In this document: piece after piece, positions 37,220-47,134 of the stretch | Numbering within the stretch: position 1 is the stretch's first letter | Layout of the letters: each line of letters begins with the position of its first letter | Notes under the pieces: model-generated | The model's input: the letters and a program-made list of their open reading frames with translations, nothing else | Told to the model about the DNA's origin: nothing | Database searches by the model: none | Translations under genes and position numbers: made by a program | Assembly (NCBI GenBank): GCA_020349965.1 | Contig: CP070705.1 | Location: 545,934-609,933 of the forward strand | DNA from: a candidate division WOR-3 bacterium | Lineage (GTDB): Bacteria > Hydrothermota > Tepidihabitantia > SM23-42 | Length of the DNA stretch: 64,000 bases | Direction: 5' to 3'

Positions 37220-37274
37220 GCTTTCCGCTGGCGCTGAGTCGTGACCGGTTAGCGGCTTGTGTTTCGATACATCC

Positions 37275-37685
37275 TCAAGAGGATATATTGGTGTAAGACC
37301 AATGAGTGTGGATGATCTTCCACTTACCGTCGATCCTACAGTATACTTCAGTGGCGTTCCATCGTTCATCCGTTTGTTCTATCGCAGTACGAATGTGGTC
37401 GATGAGGTTAAATGTGAGAACAGCAGTATCGCCGTGAACCTGCACTTTGGGGTTGAGCATATCATACCGTTCGATTTTGATCTTGCCCTCTCTGGGGGTG
37501 TAGAGTCTTCTTAGCTCTTGTATCCCGTCCACACGGTGTTCAGTGCCGGTGTCAAAATATGTTACCTCATCCGCGCTTAACTCGGTAAATCCCCAGGGGT
37601 CGCCTTTGCCCCATCGGTCGAGCGCAGCGCGTTCAAGCGCGATGATCGCTGCTTCTATTTCTGCATCGTTGGTGCTGTTACTCAT
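37275..37685 (-). CDS. NTF2-like (DUF4440/SnoaL-like) protein
   Basis: 'IEAAIIALERAALDRWGKGDPWGF...' is typical of DUF4440. Confidence 0.5.
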   Translation of the reverse strand: MSNSTNDAEIEAAIIALERAALDRWGKGDPWGFTELSADEVTYFDTGTEHRVDGIQELRRLYTPREGKIKIERYDMLNPKVQVHGDTAVLTFNLIDHIRTAIEQTDERWNATEVYCRIDGKWKIIHTHWSYTNISS

Positions 37686-38165
37686 TCATTTTACTCCTTC
37701 TTTGCGAGACATATCCATTTGACCTTTACCTTTCTCATGTTGCGCGAGATTGTCAAATATCTTTCTTAGTTGTGCTTCGAATTGATCGATCTCCTTTCTT
37801 TTGAACCCTTGGTAAGAAATGCGGATCATTCTATGCGATACTTCGGTGTAGAGTTTTTCAAATGCACGGTCCTTTTCGGTACGCTTTATCAGTGTAGCGC
37901 GGCGATCGTCGACACTCTGGGTACGTTTTATGTAGCCCGAGGTTTCGAGTCGGTCGAGCATGCTGGTGAGAGTAGACTTGCCAAGAGCCGTCTTCTTTGC
38001 CAATTCATTGATCGGAATGCCGTCTTTCTGCCAAAGTACGAACATGATGCGGCCTTGTGCTGGATTGATCTCGATGCCGTTTTCCCTTAACATGCGGCTG
38101 AAAATCCGGCCGGCGAGCTGATGTATTTTCGCGATGAGAAAACCGCCTTCGCGTTGTATCTTCAT
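37686..38165 (-). CDS. MarR-family transcriptional regulator
   Basis: The winged-helix 'INPAQGRIMFVLWQKDGIPINELAKKTALGKSTLTSMLDRLETSGYIKR...DDRR' matches the MarR consensus. Confidence 0.8.
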   Translation of the reverse strand: MKIQREGGFLIAKIHQLAGRIFSRMLRENGIEINPAQGRIMFVLWQKDGIPINELAKKTALGKSTLTSMLDRLETSGYIKRTQSVDDRRATLIKRTEKDRAFEKLYTEVSHRMIRISYQGFKRKEIDQFEAQLRKIFDNLAQHEKGKGQMDMSRKEGVK

Positions 38166-38635
38166 TTCTTATCCGGGAATTCGAATGAAAACGGTTCCGT
38201 CTTCATCCAGCCTTTTGCCTTTGTCGGACAAAGCCTCAATACGGTGTGGTCAGGGTCGTGCGGACCTTGCGGATAGTATTGCTCCCACCCGGGATGCCAG
38301 ATCTCCTCGCGTATCTTTGGGTCATCAACGATTTCGAGGTCACCTGAAAGCATAAGACCCTCGAAGCCGTCGGGTATGCAGTAATATATACATGCCGCTG
38401 GATTCTGTCTTATGTGTGTAATCTTGGCCGAAGAGGTGTTGGTCGTGAAAAGGACCATGAAATCGTCATTATGACTTCGAAAGATATCGACAAGTCTCGG
38501 GAATCGTTTCTTGCTGCGCAGATTGAACATGCAGCGTGTTTGGGGATAGCCGTGTTCGTCGACCGTTGTGACATATGCTTCGTCTACCGACGCTATTAGG
38601 TCGAGACATGCCCTCTTCAATTCACTGCCCTTCAT
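38162..38635 (-). CDS. Pyridoxamine 5'-phosphate oxidase-like FMN-binding protein
   Basis: Split-barrel-sized ORF with 'AYVTTVDEHGYPQTRCM' similar to the PNPOx / general stress protein 26 family. It overlaps the marR stop and is co-transcribed with it. Confidence 0.55.
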   Translation of the reverse strand: MKGSELKRACLDLIASVDEAYVTTVDEHGYPQTRCMFNLRSKKRFPRLVDIFRSHNDDFMVLFTTNTSSAKITHIRQNPAACIYYCIPDGFEGLMLSGDLEIVDDPKIREEIWHPGWEQYYPQGPHDPDHTVLRLCPTKAKGWMKTEPFSFEFPDKK

Positions 38636-38778
38636 GCTGCCTCCTTATTTTTATTCTATATAGTATAATCCTATATAGAACTATGTCAAGTACTTTGTTT
38701 GTGCCGGGTCGGAGGCTTTTCACTATTTGACAAAAGGCAATAGTGTGGTTATTATATACATAAGCGTAAGGTGATTCG

Positions 38779-39366
38779 ATGAATATGGATGATAAATTGG
38801 TTAGATTGAGTAAATTCCTCTGTCTTGTACTGAGACACAAGCCCGAAACGATCGGCCTGGCACTGGATGAAGAGGGATGGGCCAACATCGAAGAATTAAT
38901 AAGGAAATCACTCGATGCTGGAGTATTCGTGGATCAGCCAACGCTCCGCCAGATCGTGGAAAACAGTGAGAAGAAACGTTTTTCATTCAGCCCCAACGGC
39001 GAGAGTATAAAGGCCGATTACGGACATTCTATTCCGATCTCTCTCGGCCGTGAGACCTCAGAACCTCCAGAGTATCTTTACCACGGTACGGCACGTGCGT
39101 CTCTTTCCTCTATCGCTAAAAAAGGTCTCGGTCCGGGCGCGAGACAGTATGTGCATCTGGTCGAGGATAAAGAGACTGCCTTTCAGGTGGGTGGGCGGCA
39201 TGGTGAGCCGGTCGTTCTCATAGTCAAGGCGCAAGCAATGAATGAGAATGGGTTCAAATTCCACAGGACCGAGAGCGGTATCTGGCTGACGAAAGAAGTT
39301 CCGGCGGAATATATAGAAGCACAGGGCAATTTCCCCGCATCTTCTGGCGAAAATGCGGGATGCTGA
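38779..39366 (+). CDS. kptA: RNA 2'-phosphotransferase (KptA/Tpt1)
   Basis: The 'LSKFLCLVLRHKPETIGLALDEEGWANIEELI' and 'YLYHGTA...GL...RQYVHL' Tpt1 motifs are present. Confidence 0.8.
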   Translation: MNMDDKLVRLSKFLCLVLRHKPETIGLALDEEGWANIEELIRKSLDAGVFVDQPTLRQIVENSEKKRFSFSPNGESIKADYGHSIPISLGRETSEPPEYLYHGTARASLSSIAKKGLGPGARQYVHLVEDKETAFQVGGRHGEPVVLIVKAQAMNENGFKFHRTESGIWLTKEVPAEYIEAQGNFPASSGENAGC

Positions 39367-39474
39367 ATCTTGGACAAAATCAAAGATTTTGATAAGATTC
39401 GTAAGGGCAGTACAGGTTAACCTCGCTGCTTCTTCCTTCATTGACAAGTATCCGGTTGCATCTACAATAGACGA

Positions 39475-40629
39475 GTGATCTACCGCAGTTTTGGCACTAC
39501 GAACATTAAGCTGTCGCAAATCGGTTTTGGTGCGATGAGATTCCCGCTTACAGAAGAGTATGATCCGACGAAAATTGACGAGGTCAAGGCGACGGAGATG
39601 TTACACTATGCGATCGATAATGGCGTCAACTACATTGACAATGCATACCCTTATCACCGCCAAACGAGTGAAATCTTCCTTGGCAAAGCACTGAGGGATG
39701 GGTATCGCGAGAGAGTCTATTTGGCAACGAAGATGCCGGTGTGGTTGGTAAAATCTAAGGATGATTCTATCAAGTACTTTGAAGAACAGCTGCTTCGTCT
39801 TCAGACCGATGTGATCGACATGTACCTGTTGCATTCCTTGAGTAAGAACGCATGGAAGACTGTCCAGGAATGCAATGTCCTGGGATGTCTCGATGAGATG
39901 CTCAATGCTGGAAAGATCCGCTATGCAGGTTTTTCATTCCACGATGAACTGCCGCTCTTCAAGGAGATCGTGGATGCGTATCCGTGGACTTTCTGCCTTA
40001 TACAACTCAATTATGTTGATATTGATTACCAGGCCGGTCTCGAAGGCCTTGAATACGCGCACAAGAAGGGTCTTGCCGTTATGGTCATGGAGCCACTGCG
40101 GGGCGGTAAGCTCGCCAACAACGTACCGAAGAGGGTACTGGAGATAATAGGAGGATCACGGTGGAAACAGACGCCCGCGCAGTTCGCGCTCAGGTGGGTC
40201 TTGAACCGCCCTGAAATTACGTGTGTGCTGAGCGGTATGAGTACTCTGGCCCAAGTAAAAGAAAATATCGCGTTTGCCTCTGGTGAACATATCGATACCC
40301 TGACCGCTGATGAACTTCAATTGTATGCGCAGGCAAGGGAGTTCTACAGGTCACGAACCAAGGTCAACTGCACGCAGTGCGGATACTGCATGCCCTGCCC
40401 TCAGAAGATACCGATTCCCTTCATTCTGGAAATCTACAATGATGCCCGTATGTATGGAGCGATTGATGATTCACGTTGGATGTACAAGGTTTTCGTGAAG
40501 CCGGAGCACCGCGCAGACCGATGTACTGCGTGCGGAGAATGTGAGGAGAAGTGTCCGCAGAAGATACCGGTCGCGAAATTCATGGCAGAGGCAGATTCCT
40601 TGTTACGGCAGAGCGGAGATGACGCGTGA
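39475..40629 (+). CDS. Aldo/keto reductase with C-terminal 4Fe-4S ferredoxin-type cysteine clusters
   Basis: 'IDNAYPYHRQTSEIFLGKAL' AKR motif plus C-terminal 'CTQCGYCMPCPQ' and 'CTACGECEEKCPQ'. Confidence 0.75.
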   Translation: MIYRSFGTTNIKLSQIGFGAMRFPLTEEYDPTKIDEVKATEMLHYAIDNGVNYIDNAYPYHRQTSEIFLGKALRDGYRERVYLATKMPVWLVKSKDDSIKYFEEQLLRLQTDVIDMYLLHSLSKNAWKTVQECNVLGCLDEMLNAGKIRYAGFSFHDELPLFKEIVDAYPWTFCLIQLNYVDIDYQAGLEGLEYAHKKGLAVMVMEPLRGGKLANNVPKRVLEIIGGSRWKQTPAQFALRWVLNRPEITCVLSGMSTLAQVKENIAFASGEHIDTLTADELQLYAQAREFYRSRTKVNCTQCGYCMPCPQKIPIPFILEIYNDARMYGAIDDSRWMYKVFVKPEHRADRCTACGECEEKCPQKIPVAKFMAEADSLLRQSGDDA

Positions 40630-41153
40630 ACGAGCAGTGGGGCCACCAGAACCGTGATGATCTGGCGGGCGAGCACCGCTTCGGTGACGCCGGCCAGTTG
40701 GTTTTACTGGTCGCGTTCGTTTTCACATGGATACTTGATTCATTCGTGATACACTATTCGACATTCGCCGTGCGGTATGTTTCACCGTTCATAAGAGTAC
40801 CGCTGGGCTTGGTGATCTTAGGGTTGTCGATATTCCTGGTGACAGAGGGTATGCGTATTGTCTTCGGCGAAAAGAGAGAGATACCGGCGGTGATCACAAA
40901 GGGCGTGTTTGGACGTATGCGTCATCCATTGTACCTGGGATCAATTCTGCTCTACGTCGGCTTGTGGTCATTCACGCTGTCGCTGTTTTCGGCTTTGCTC
41001 ATTGTAGTCATCATCGCCTTCTATCATTTTATTGCAGGGCACGAAGAAAAACTGTTGGTTGCTAAATTCGGCGAAGAATACAAACAATACATGCGCACTG
41101 TGCCGATGTGGATTCCCCGTCTCAGTCTCATCGTGCGTGATAAAGAACGATGA
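40626..41153 (+). CDS. ICMT-family membrane methyltransferase
   Basis: 'GVFGRMRHPLYLGSILLYVGLW'. ATGA-type overlap with the AKR stop. Confidence 0.55.
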   Translation: MNEQWGHQNRDDLAGEHRFGDAGQLVLLVAFVFTWILDSFVIHYSTFAVRYVSPFIRVPLGLVILGLSIFLVTEGMRIVFGEKREIPAVITKGVFGRMRHPLYLGSILLYVGLWSFTLSLFSALLIVVIIAFYHFIAGHEEKLLVAKFGEEYKQYMRTVPMWIPRLSLIVRDKER

Positions 41154-41196
41154 AGTGACAAAGCATGATGCTGTATCTTGAAATGCTTCCATAGAT

Positions 41197-42042
41197 ATGA
41201 TCGCACTAGGATTCTTGCTTGTGGTCATGTCTGCTATATTGCATGGCGTTTGGAATTTCTTGACGAAGACGGTATCGGGAAATTTGAGTGTTCTGTACAT
41301 CGGTATTTCCGGCATGTGTTTTGTATTGTTTCCTTTTGTGCTAATAATGAGAGGTTCGAATATTCTGTCCACGGCTGCGTGTCCTTTCATCATTGCAACG
41401 GGTGTTATTCATGCGATCTATTTCTTTTCGTTATCGCAGGCATACAGATATGGCAGCATTTCAGTCGTGTACCCCGTAGCCCGCGGCTTCGGCGTGATTG
41501 GCACGGCGCTTGTTGCAGTCGCTGTTCTGGGTGAAAAGGTTTCTCTGGTAGGACTTTGCGGAATCGTCAGCAGCGGGTTGGGGATATTCGTCATTGGAGC
41601 GAGTATTGGACAAAGCCTCGAGAGCAGGAAAGGTCTGTGGTTTGCCTTGCTGGTCGGAGCTACGATGATCGGATACTCGATTGTCGACAAAATGGCTATG
41701 GCTTCGATCAATCCGGTGGTGTATATATTCTGGTTATTCCTGCTGAGTATGTTCTTACTGACACCCTACATTTTGATCAAGCGGAGACACGAACTCTCCG
41801 TTGCGTGGAAAGAGCACAAGAAGAGTGGCATTATAATCGGAATGGGCGCCACTGCAGGTTATTTGCTCATCCTTTTTGTCTTTCGGATGGCTCAGGTCAG
41901 TTATGTGGTTGCGGTTCGAGAATGTTCGGTGGTAATAGGTTCGGTTCTCGGTATTATATACCTGCGTGAATCACTTTCGATGCGGAAAGTGATCGGCATC
42001 GCAATGGTTGTCCTCGGTCTGGTCTTTATCAGACTTGCATGA
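41197..42042 (+). CDS. EamA/DMT-superfamily transporter
   Basis: 10-TM protein with two repeated 5-TM halves; the composition is typical of EamA. Confidence 0.55.
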   Translation: MIALGFLLVVMSAILHGVWNFLTKTVSGNLSVLYIGISGMCFVLFPFVLIMRGSNILSTAACPFIIATGVIHAIYFFSLSQAYRYGSISVVYPVARGFGVIGTALVAVAVLGEKVSLVGLCGIVSSGLGIFVIGASIGQSLESRKGLWFALLVGATMIGYSIVDKMAMASINPVVYIFWLFLLSMFLLTPYILIKRRHELSVAWKEHKKSGIIIGMGATAGYLLILFVFRMAQVSYVVAVRECSVVIGSVLGIIYLRESLSMRKVIGIAMVVLGLVFIRLA

Positions 42043-42128
42043 ATGTTGTTGTTTGATTCGGCCGTTTTTCCTCGCGGCAAATGATAACAGGCAGAGCGGT
42101 AAGTTGCGGTAATGAAGGGAGATTAATC

Positions 42129-42734
42129 ATGAGAGACCGTATGTTTTTCTTTCTTGTCTTGATTGCATGTTTGTCGCATGTCAGTTGGAGGTGCCGCGCC
42201 GGTAAAATTCCATATATCCTCGTGGAAACAGATGCCGGGGATATTGTGATCGAGGTCTATGCAAAGAGATCTCCTGTTACGGCGGTTAATTTTCTGCGGT
42301 ACGTAGACGAAGGGCGCTATAAGGAAGCGAAGTTCTACAGGGTCGTCAGGGTAGACAACCAACCTCGCAATGAGATAAAAATAGAGGTCGTCCAGGGCGG
42401 GATCGGCTTCGTGGAGAGTGAATTGAGGCTCCCGCCGATCGTTCATGAGACGACCGAACAGACCGGCATTTTGCACCTCGACGGTGTGGTATCGATGGCC
42501 CGGGCCGAACCCGGAACGGCGAGCTCAGAATTCTTCATTTGCATCAATGATCAGCCGGAGCTGGATTACGGGGGCAGACGTAATCCGGACGGGCAGGGTT
42601 TCGCCGCATTCGGACGCGTGGTGCACGGCATGGACGTTGTCCGTAAGATACAGACAGAGGAGGCAGACGGGCAGATGCTGCGCACACCGGTCAGGATATC
42701 CTCGATAAGAAGGGTTATACGCGCATCGAAGTGA
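42129..42734 (+). CDS. Secreted cyclophilin-type peptidyl-prolyl isomerase
   Basis: 'VIEVYAKRSPVTAVNFLRYV...FYRVV' and 'FFICINDQPELD' cyclophilin signatures. An AAGGGAG RBS precedes the ATG at 42129. Confidence 0.8.
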   Translation: MRDRMFFFLVLIACLSHVSWRCRAGKIPYILVETDAGDIVIEVYAKRSPVTAVNFLRYVDEGRYKEAKFYRVVRVDNQPRNEIKIEVVQGGIGFVESELRLPPIVHETTEQTGILHLDGVVSMARAEPGTASSEFFICINDQPELDYGGRRNPDGQGFAAFGRVVHGMDVVRKIQTEEADGQMLRTPVRISSIRRVIRASK

Positions 42735-42778
42735 TGCGCTCGTCAGAGTATGAAGTCAAGAAATGAGGGGAATATCAC

Positions 42779-43195
42779 ATGAAGAGTCATAGAAGGGAAT
42801 TGTGGTTCAACACACAGCACCGGGTAGATCTGGTGAACATCACGTCGCAGGTCGAAGAAGCCTTACGTGAAAGCGGGATAAGAGAGGGGCTATGCCTCGT
42901 CAATGCGATGCACATTACGGCCAGCGTCTTCATTAATGACGACGAAGAGGGTTTGCACGAAGATTTCTTAAAATGGCTGGAACATAATATCCCCCACGAT
43001 CCCAAGCTGTACAGGCACAATCTGACTGGTGAGATGAATGCGGATGCCCATATTAAAAGGCAATTCATGGGACGTGAGGTTGTCGTCGCCGTAACCCGAG
43101 GCAGGTTGGACTTTGGACCGTGGGAGCAGATCTTCTACGGTGAATTTGATGGCCGGCGTAAGAAGAGGGTTCTGATAAAGATCGTAGGCGAGTAA
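42779..43195 (+). CDS. YjbQ/UPF0047-family protein (secondary thiamine-phosphate synthase-like)
   Basis: '[14 protein letters not shown]...[20 protein letters not shown]...[14 protein letters not shown]' matches the YjbQ consensus. Confidence 0.75.
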   Translation: MKSHRRELWFNTQHRVDLVNITSQVEEALRESGIREGLCLVNAMHITASVFINDDEEGLHEDFLKWLEHNIPHDPKLYRHNLTGEMNADAHIKRQFMGREVVVAVTRGRLDFGPWEQIFYGEFDGRRKKRVLIKIVGE

Positions 43196-43290
43196 CATTC
43201 GGTACTTGAGGGATGCGAGTATACCACAGTGAGCCCCAGCGGCCTGAGTCGGCGTACTTGCAATCCGATCGAATTTGAGTAGTATTAACC

Positions 43291-44778
43291 ATGGCAAAAG
43301 ATAATGATTCGACCAACCCCAGACCAGTTGTAAGGTTCCTCACTGACAAGACGATCGAAAAGATTGTCTCTGAGGCTCGCGAAATACTCTGTAGACTCGG
43401 AGTGGAGATAAACAACGATGAGATCCTTTCGATGCTGCATGATCATGGCGCGACCGTGGATAGAAAGAAGAGCCTTGTTCTCTTTAAAGACGGTATCATC
43501 GATCGAGCCTTGAAGACGACGCCTCGTTCGTTTAAGCTATATGACGTCTTAGGCAACCAAACCCACGATTTTTCTGGTTATGGCGTGCATTTCACGCCGG
43601 GCTCGGCAGCGTTGAATATACTGGACGGAGTGACGCAGCAGATCAGGAAGCCTGTGACCGCTGATTATGTCAAATATGCGATGATCGTAAGTCAGCTCAG
43701 AAATATTGCATCGCAGTCGACCGCCTTCATTCCGGCTGACGTCCATGAAAGAATTTCTGACAGTTACCGTCTTTACTTGAGTCTGCTTTATTGCGAGAAA
43801 CCGGTGGTGACCGGTGCATTTACAATCGAGGCGGTCGGGGTGATGAAAGAGTTGCAGCTTGCGGTGCGCGGCAGTGAAGAAAAACTGGCTCAACAACCGC
43901 TCACAGTGTTCTCGTGTTGTCCGACATCGCCGCTTAAGTGGAGCGATGTAACATCACAGAATGTCGTTGACTGCGCCCGCGCATCGATACCAGTAGAATT
44001 CATTTCAATGCCGTTATCCGGTTTTATGGCACCGGTGACGCTTATAGGCACGCTCATACAGCATACAGCTGAGACACTGAGCGGTATAGTGATAAGTCAG
44101 CTTGTGAATCCGGGTGCGCCTATACTCTATGGTGGGTCGCCGGCGATATTCGATATCAGGTATGAGACGACACCGATGGGAGCCATTGGGACGCAGATGA
44201 TAGATTGTGCGTATAACGAAGTCGGCAAGTATCTGGGTATGCCCACGCAGGCATATATATCGCTGAGCGATGCCAAACAACTCGATGCCCAGGCTGGTCT
44301 CGAATCATCGATGGGTGCGACCCTTGCCGCACTGGCCGGGATCAACAACATATCTGGACCTGGAATGCTTGATTTTGAGAGCTGCCAGAGTCTCGAAAAA
44401 CTCGTACTCGACAACGAAATATGCGGAATGGTTTTGCGGTTGGTTGAGGGGATTCAGCCGAAAGAAGATTTTCCGTCGTTGCCGCGGTTTGAGGAATTGC
44501 TTGCTGAAAAGCATCTTCTTATTTCGGAACATACGCAGAAATATCTAAAGGAAGAACTCTGTTTGCCAGGACCGGTCATAGACAGGGCGAACCGGACGAG
44601 GTGGCAGGAAGAGGGTGGATTGACACTTCTTGAGCGAGCCAACCGTGAAATAGACAAATTGATGGGTAGTTACGTTCCCTCGCGGCTTTCCGGAAGCGTG
44701 CAGGCCGATCTAAGAAAGATCATGTTACGGGAAGCACATGCTTGTGGTATGACCAACCTACCGGATATTTCCATATGA
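43291..44778 (+). CDS. MttB-superfamily (trimethylamine-type, non-Pyl) substrate:corrinoid methyltransferase
   Basis: About 495 aa. The N-terminus 'LTDKTIEKIVSEAREILCRLGVEINNDEILSMLHDHGATVD...LKTTPRSFKLYD' matches the conserved MttB-family start. The ORF has no in-frame internal stop, so it is not a pyrrolysine-type gene. Confidence 0.7.
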   Translation: MAKDNDSTNPRPVVRFLTDKTIEKIVSEAREILCRLGVEINNDEILSMLHDHGATVDRKKSLVLFKDGIIDRALKTTPRSFKLYDVLGNQTHDFSGYGVHFTPGSAALNILDGVTQQIRKPVTADYVKYAMIVSQLRNIASQSTAFIPADVHERISDSYRLYLSLLYCEKPVVTGAFTIEAVGVMKELQLAVRGSEEKLAQQPLTVFSCCPTSPLKWSDVTSQNVVDCARASIPVEFISMPLSGFMAPVTLIGTLIQHTAETLSGIVISQLVNPGAPILYGGSPAIFDIRYETTPMGAIGTQMIDCAYNEVGKYLGMPTQAYISLSDAKQLDAQAGLESSMGATLAALAGINNISGPGMLDFESCQSLEKLVLDNEICGMVLRLVEGIQPKEDFPSLPRFEELLAEKHLLISEHTQKYLKEELCLPGPVIDRANRTRWQEEGGLTLLERANREIDKLMGSYVPSRLSGSVQADLRKIMLREAHACGMTNLPDISI

Positions 44779-45518
44779 GGAATGTGCTTAAGATCTCGGT
44801 AAAAGATGTCATTCCCGGGCAGAAGGAATCACTCGCCCTACAGGGAATTTCGTCTTTGAAAGAACCCTCTGATAGAATAGTGAAACTTTATCAAGGGGCC
44901 AGAGAATCATTCGAGGCAGTTTGTCACCCGGTCGGCGTGGTCGCCGATATCACGAAAGAGGATTTTGTACGCGTCTACAGAGGAGACGGGCGCAACGAAG
45001 CATCGACACCGGTTGGGGAGATATTCGAGAAGGCGGATCGCCTTGCTCTTTTCGCTGTGACCGTGGGTCATGATGTGCATGAGAGGATAAATGAACTTTT
45101 CGGGCAGAAGGATTTTGCGCTTGGCAGTATGTTGGATTCCGTTGCTTCTGCCGGAGTCGAAAAGGCGGCCGATGTCGTTGAAGCACGTTTCTCGAGATAT
45201 TCGAGGAAAAGAAGAAGTCGTAGTGAACCTATAGTGACAATGCGGTATAGCCCAGGTTACTGCGGGTGGCACGTAAGTGGACAGAAGAAACTGTTCGAGT
45301 TCCTAAAACCGGGGGATATCGGAATCACGCTGCGCGAGAGTTTTCTCATGGAACCATTGAAATCAGTGTCGGGAGTCTTGATACAAGGGCATGCTGAGAT
45401 ACACAAGGTTGAAGATAAGTATCCATTCTGTATTCAATGTGATACTCATTCGTGTCGGGAAAGGTCGTTGAGATTAGATCGCCATGTGACATCAAGAAGT
45501 GCTAATGAAGGGGAGTGA
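44775..45518 (+). CDS. Standalone MetH activation (AdoMet-binding, Met_synt_B12-like) domain protein
   Basis: 'MRYSPGYCGWHVSGQKKLFEFL...ITLRESFLMEPLKSVSGVLIQ' aligns with E. coli MetH '[22 protein letters not shown]...KLTESFAMWPGASVSGWYF'. ATGA overlap with the mttB-like stop. Confidence 0.65.
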   Translation: MRNVLKISVKDVIPGQKESLALQGISSLKEPSDRIVKLYQGARESFEAVCHPVGVVADITKEDFVRVYRGDGRNEASTPVGEIFEKADRLALFAVTVGHDVHERINELFGQKDFALGSMLDSVASAGVEKAADVVEARFSRYSRKRRSRSEPIVTMRYSPGYCGWHVSGQKKLFEFLKPGDIGITLRESFLMEPLKSVSGVLIQGHAEIHKVEDKYPFCIQCDTHSCRERSLRLDRHVTSRSANEGE

Positions 45519-45519
45519 T

Positions 45520-46158
45520 ATGGGCATTTTAGAGGACATCTCATCAGCGTTACAGCGCGGGAATGGAAAAGACGTAGGCAAACTGGTAGAAGAGGCTTTG
45601 GCAGGCCGCAGAGAACCTAAAGAAATACTCGATAATGGTTTGATCGCGGGTATGAATGTAATCGGGCAAAAATACAAAGATCATGAAATATTTCTACCTG
45701 AAGTGTTGCTTGCGGCCAAAGCGATGTATGCGGGCATGGACATATTGAAGCCGCTATTCCTGAGCGGTAAGATGCCGACTTTGGGGCGTGTAGTTATTGG
45801 TACTGTACAGGGAGATATCCACGATATCGGCAAGAACTTGGTTTGCATAATGCTGCGTGGAGCAGGCTTTGAGGTGATCGATCTGGGTAAGGACGTTGCA
45901 CCGAAGAAGTTCGTTGACACTGCAGTAAATGAAGGTGCGCGTGTCATCGGCATGTCGGCGCTGCTGACGACTACCATGCCGGTTATGAAGAACGTCGTTG
46001 AACTGCTTAAAAAAGATGGGCTTCAGTCGAAGATAAAGACGATCATCGGCGGCGCGCCTGTCTCGGATGAATTCGCCAGGCACATAGGCGCCGATGCGTA
46101 CGGCTACGACAGCATGCAGGCCGTTGAGCGGATAAAGAGATTCTTCTCTGAAGCGTAA
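45520..46158 (+). CDS. Corrinoid (cobalamin-binding) protein
   Basis: B12-binding cap helices followed by the 'GDIHDIGKN' DxHxxG motif, 'MSALLTTT' and 'IIGGA'. A GGGGAG RBS is present. Confidence 0.8.
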   Translation: MGILEDISSALQRGNGKDVGKLVEEALAGRREPKEILDNGLIAGMNVIGQKYKDHEIFLPEVLLAAKAMYAGMDILKPLFLSGKMPTLGRVVIGTVQGDIHDIGKNLVCIMLRGAGFEVIDLGKDVAPKKFVDTAVNEGARVIGMSALLTTTMPVMKNVVELLKKDGLQSKIKTIIGGAPVSDEFARHIGADAYGYDSMQAVERIKRFFSEA

Positions 46159-46159
46159 A

Positions 46160-47047
46160 ATGGAACCATTCTTGAAACGGTTGGCCAACGGTGAAGTACT
46201 CATTGCCGACGGTGCCATCGGCACGATGCTTATGGAGCGCGGTCTCGAACCAGGACGACCGCCTGAGTCATTCAACTTGACGCACCCGGACGTGCTTGAA
46301 GGTGTTGCGCGTGAATACCTGGAATCGGGCGCAGATATTATCCAGACGAATACTTTCGGCGGATCGCGCCTCAAACTCCAAGCGTGCGGGCTCGGGGACA
46401 GGGTCTTGGAGATAAATCGCAACGCAGTTCTTGCTGTGAGAAGGGCAGTTGGTGACTCTGCGTATGTATATGGAAGTTGCGGCCCAACCGGACAATTTCT
46501 CGAACCGTACGGGCAGGTTAGCGTTGATGAGATGTACGCCGTGTTCAAAGAACAGATCAGCGCACTCTTTGGAGCGGGCGTCGACGTTATATGCGTAGAG
46601 ACCATGAGTGATCTGAATGAAGCGACCTGCGCAATAAAGGCGGCAAAGAACTCTGCGCAGGTTCCGGTGATGGCGACGATGACCTTCGACCATACACCTA
46701 AAGGGTTCTATACAATTATGGGGGTGACGATCAAGGAAGCGGTGAAGGGCTTGGAGGAGGCCGGAGCTGATGTTATCGGATCGAATTGTGGGAATGGAAT
46801 TGATAGGATGGTTGCCATCGCGCGTGAATTCAGGCAGTATACAGAACTTCCGGTGGCGATCCAGGCGAATGCAGGTATACCTGAACTGGTCGGTGATCGA
46901 GCCGTCTACCCTGAAACTCCGGATTTCATGGCCGAGCGGGCAGGAGAGCTGCTCTCATTGGGGGTTTCGGTCATTGGGGGCTGCTGCGGGACTACGCCGG
47001 CGCATATTAGAGCGTTGAGGACGGCAGTCGATTCCCTCAGGCGATAG
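46160..47047 (+). CDS. Standalone homocysteine S-methyltransferase (MetH Hcy-binding / BHMT-type, PF02574-like) domain protein
   Basis: 'IADGAIGTMLMERGL...ADIIQTNTFGG', with zinc-ligand Cys at 'GSNCGNG' and 'GGCCGTTPAHI'; the 63-residue spacing matches MetH C247/C310/C311. It starts 1 nt after the corrinoid gene. Confidence 0.75.
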   Translation: MEPFLKRLANGEVLIADGAIGTMLMERGLEPGRPPESFNLTHPDVLEGVAREYLESGADIIQTNTFGGSRLKLQACGLGDRVLEINRNAVLAVRRAVGDSAYVYGSCGPTGQFLEPYGQVSVDEMYAVFKEQISALFGAGVDVICVETMSDLNEATCAIKAAKNSAQVPVMATMTFDHTPKGFYTIMGVTIKEAVKGLEEAGADVIGSNCGNGIDRMVAIAREFRQYTELPVAIQANAGIPELVGDRAVYPETPDFMAERAGELLSLGVSVIGGCCGTTPAHIRALRTAVDSLRR

Positions 47048-47134
47048 GATTCTATGCGAAAGTTTAAAAGTTTATGCCTGTCCCCGGGGTGTAACCATAT
47101 CCGGGTAATCATCGTTTAGTATGTACAAGGAGGC

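Noticed and set aside
43200-43290. Possible cobalamin riboswitch upstream of the MttB–corrinoid operon
   Set aside because: The intergenic region is only ~95 nt, and I could not find the B12-box (GCCACTG-like core) or the conserved stems. I do not support a riboswitch here.
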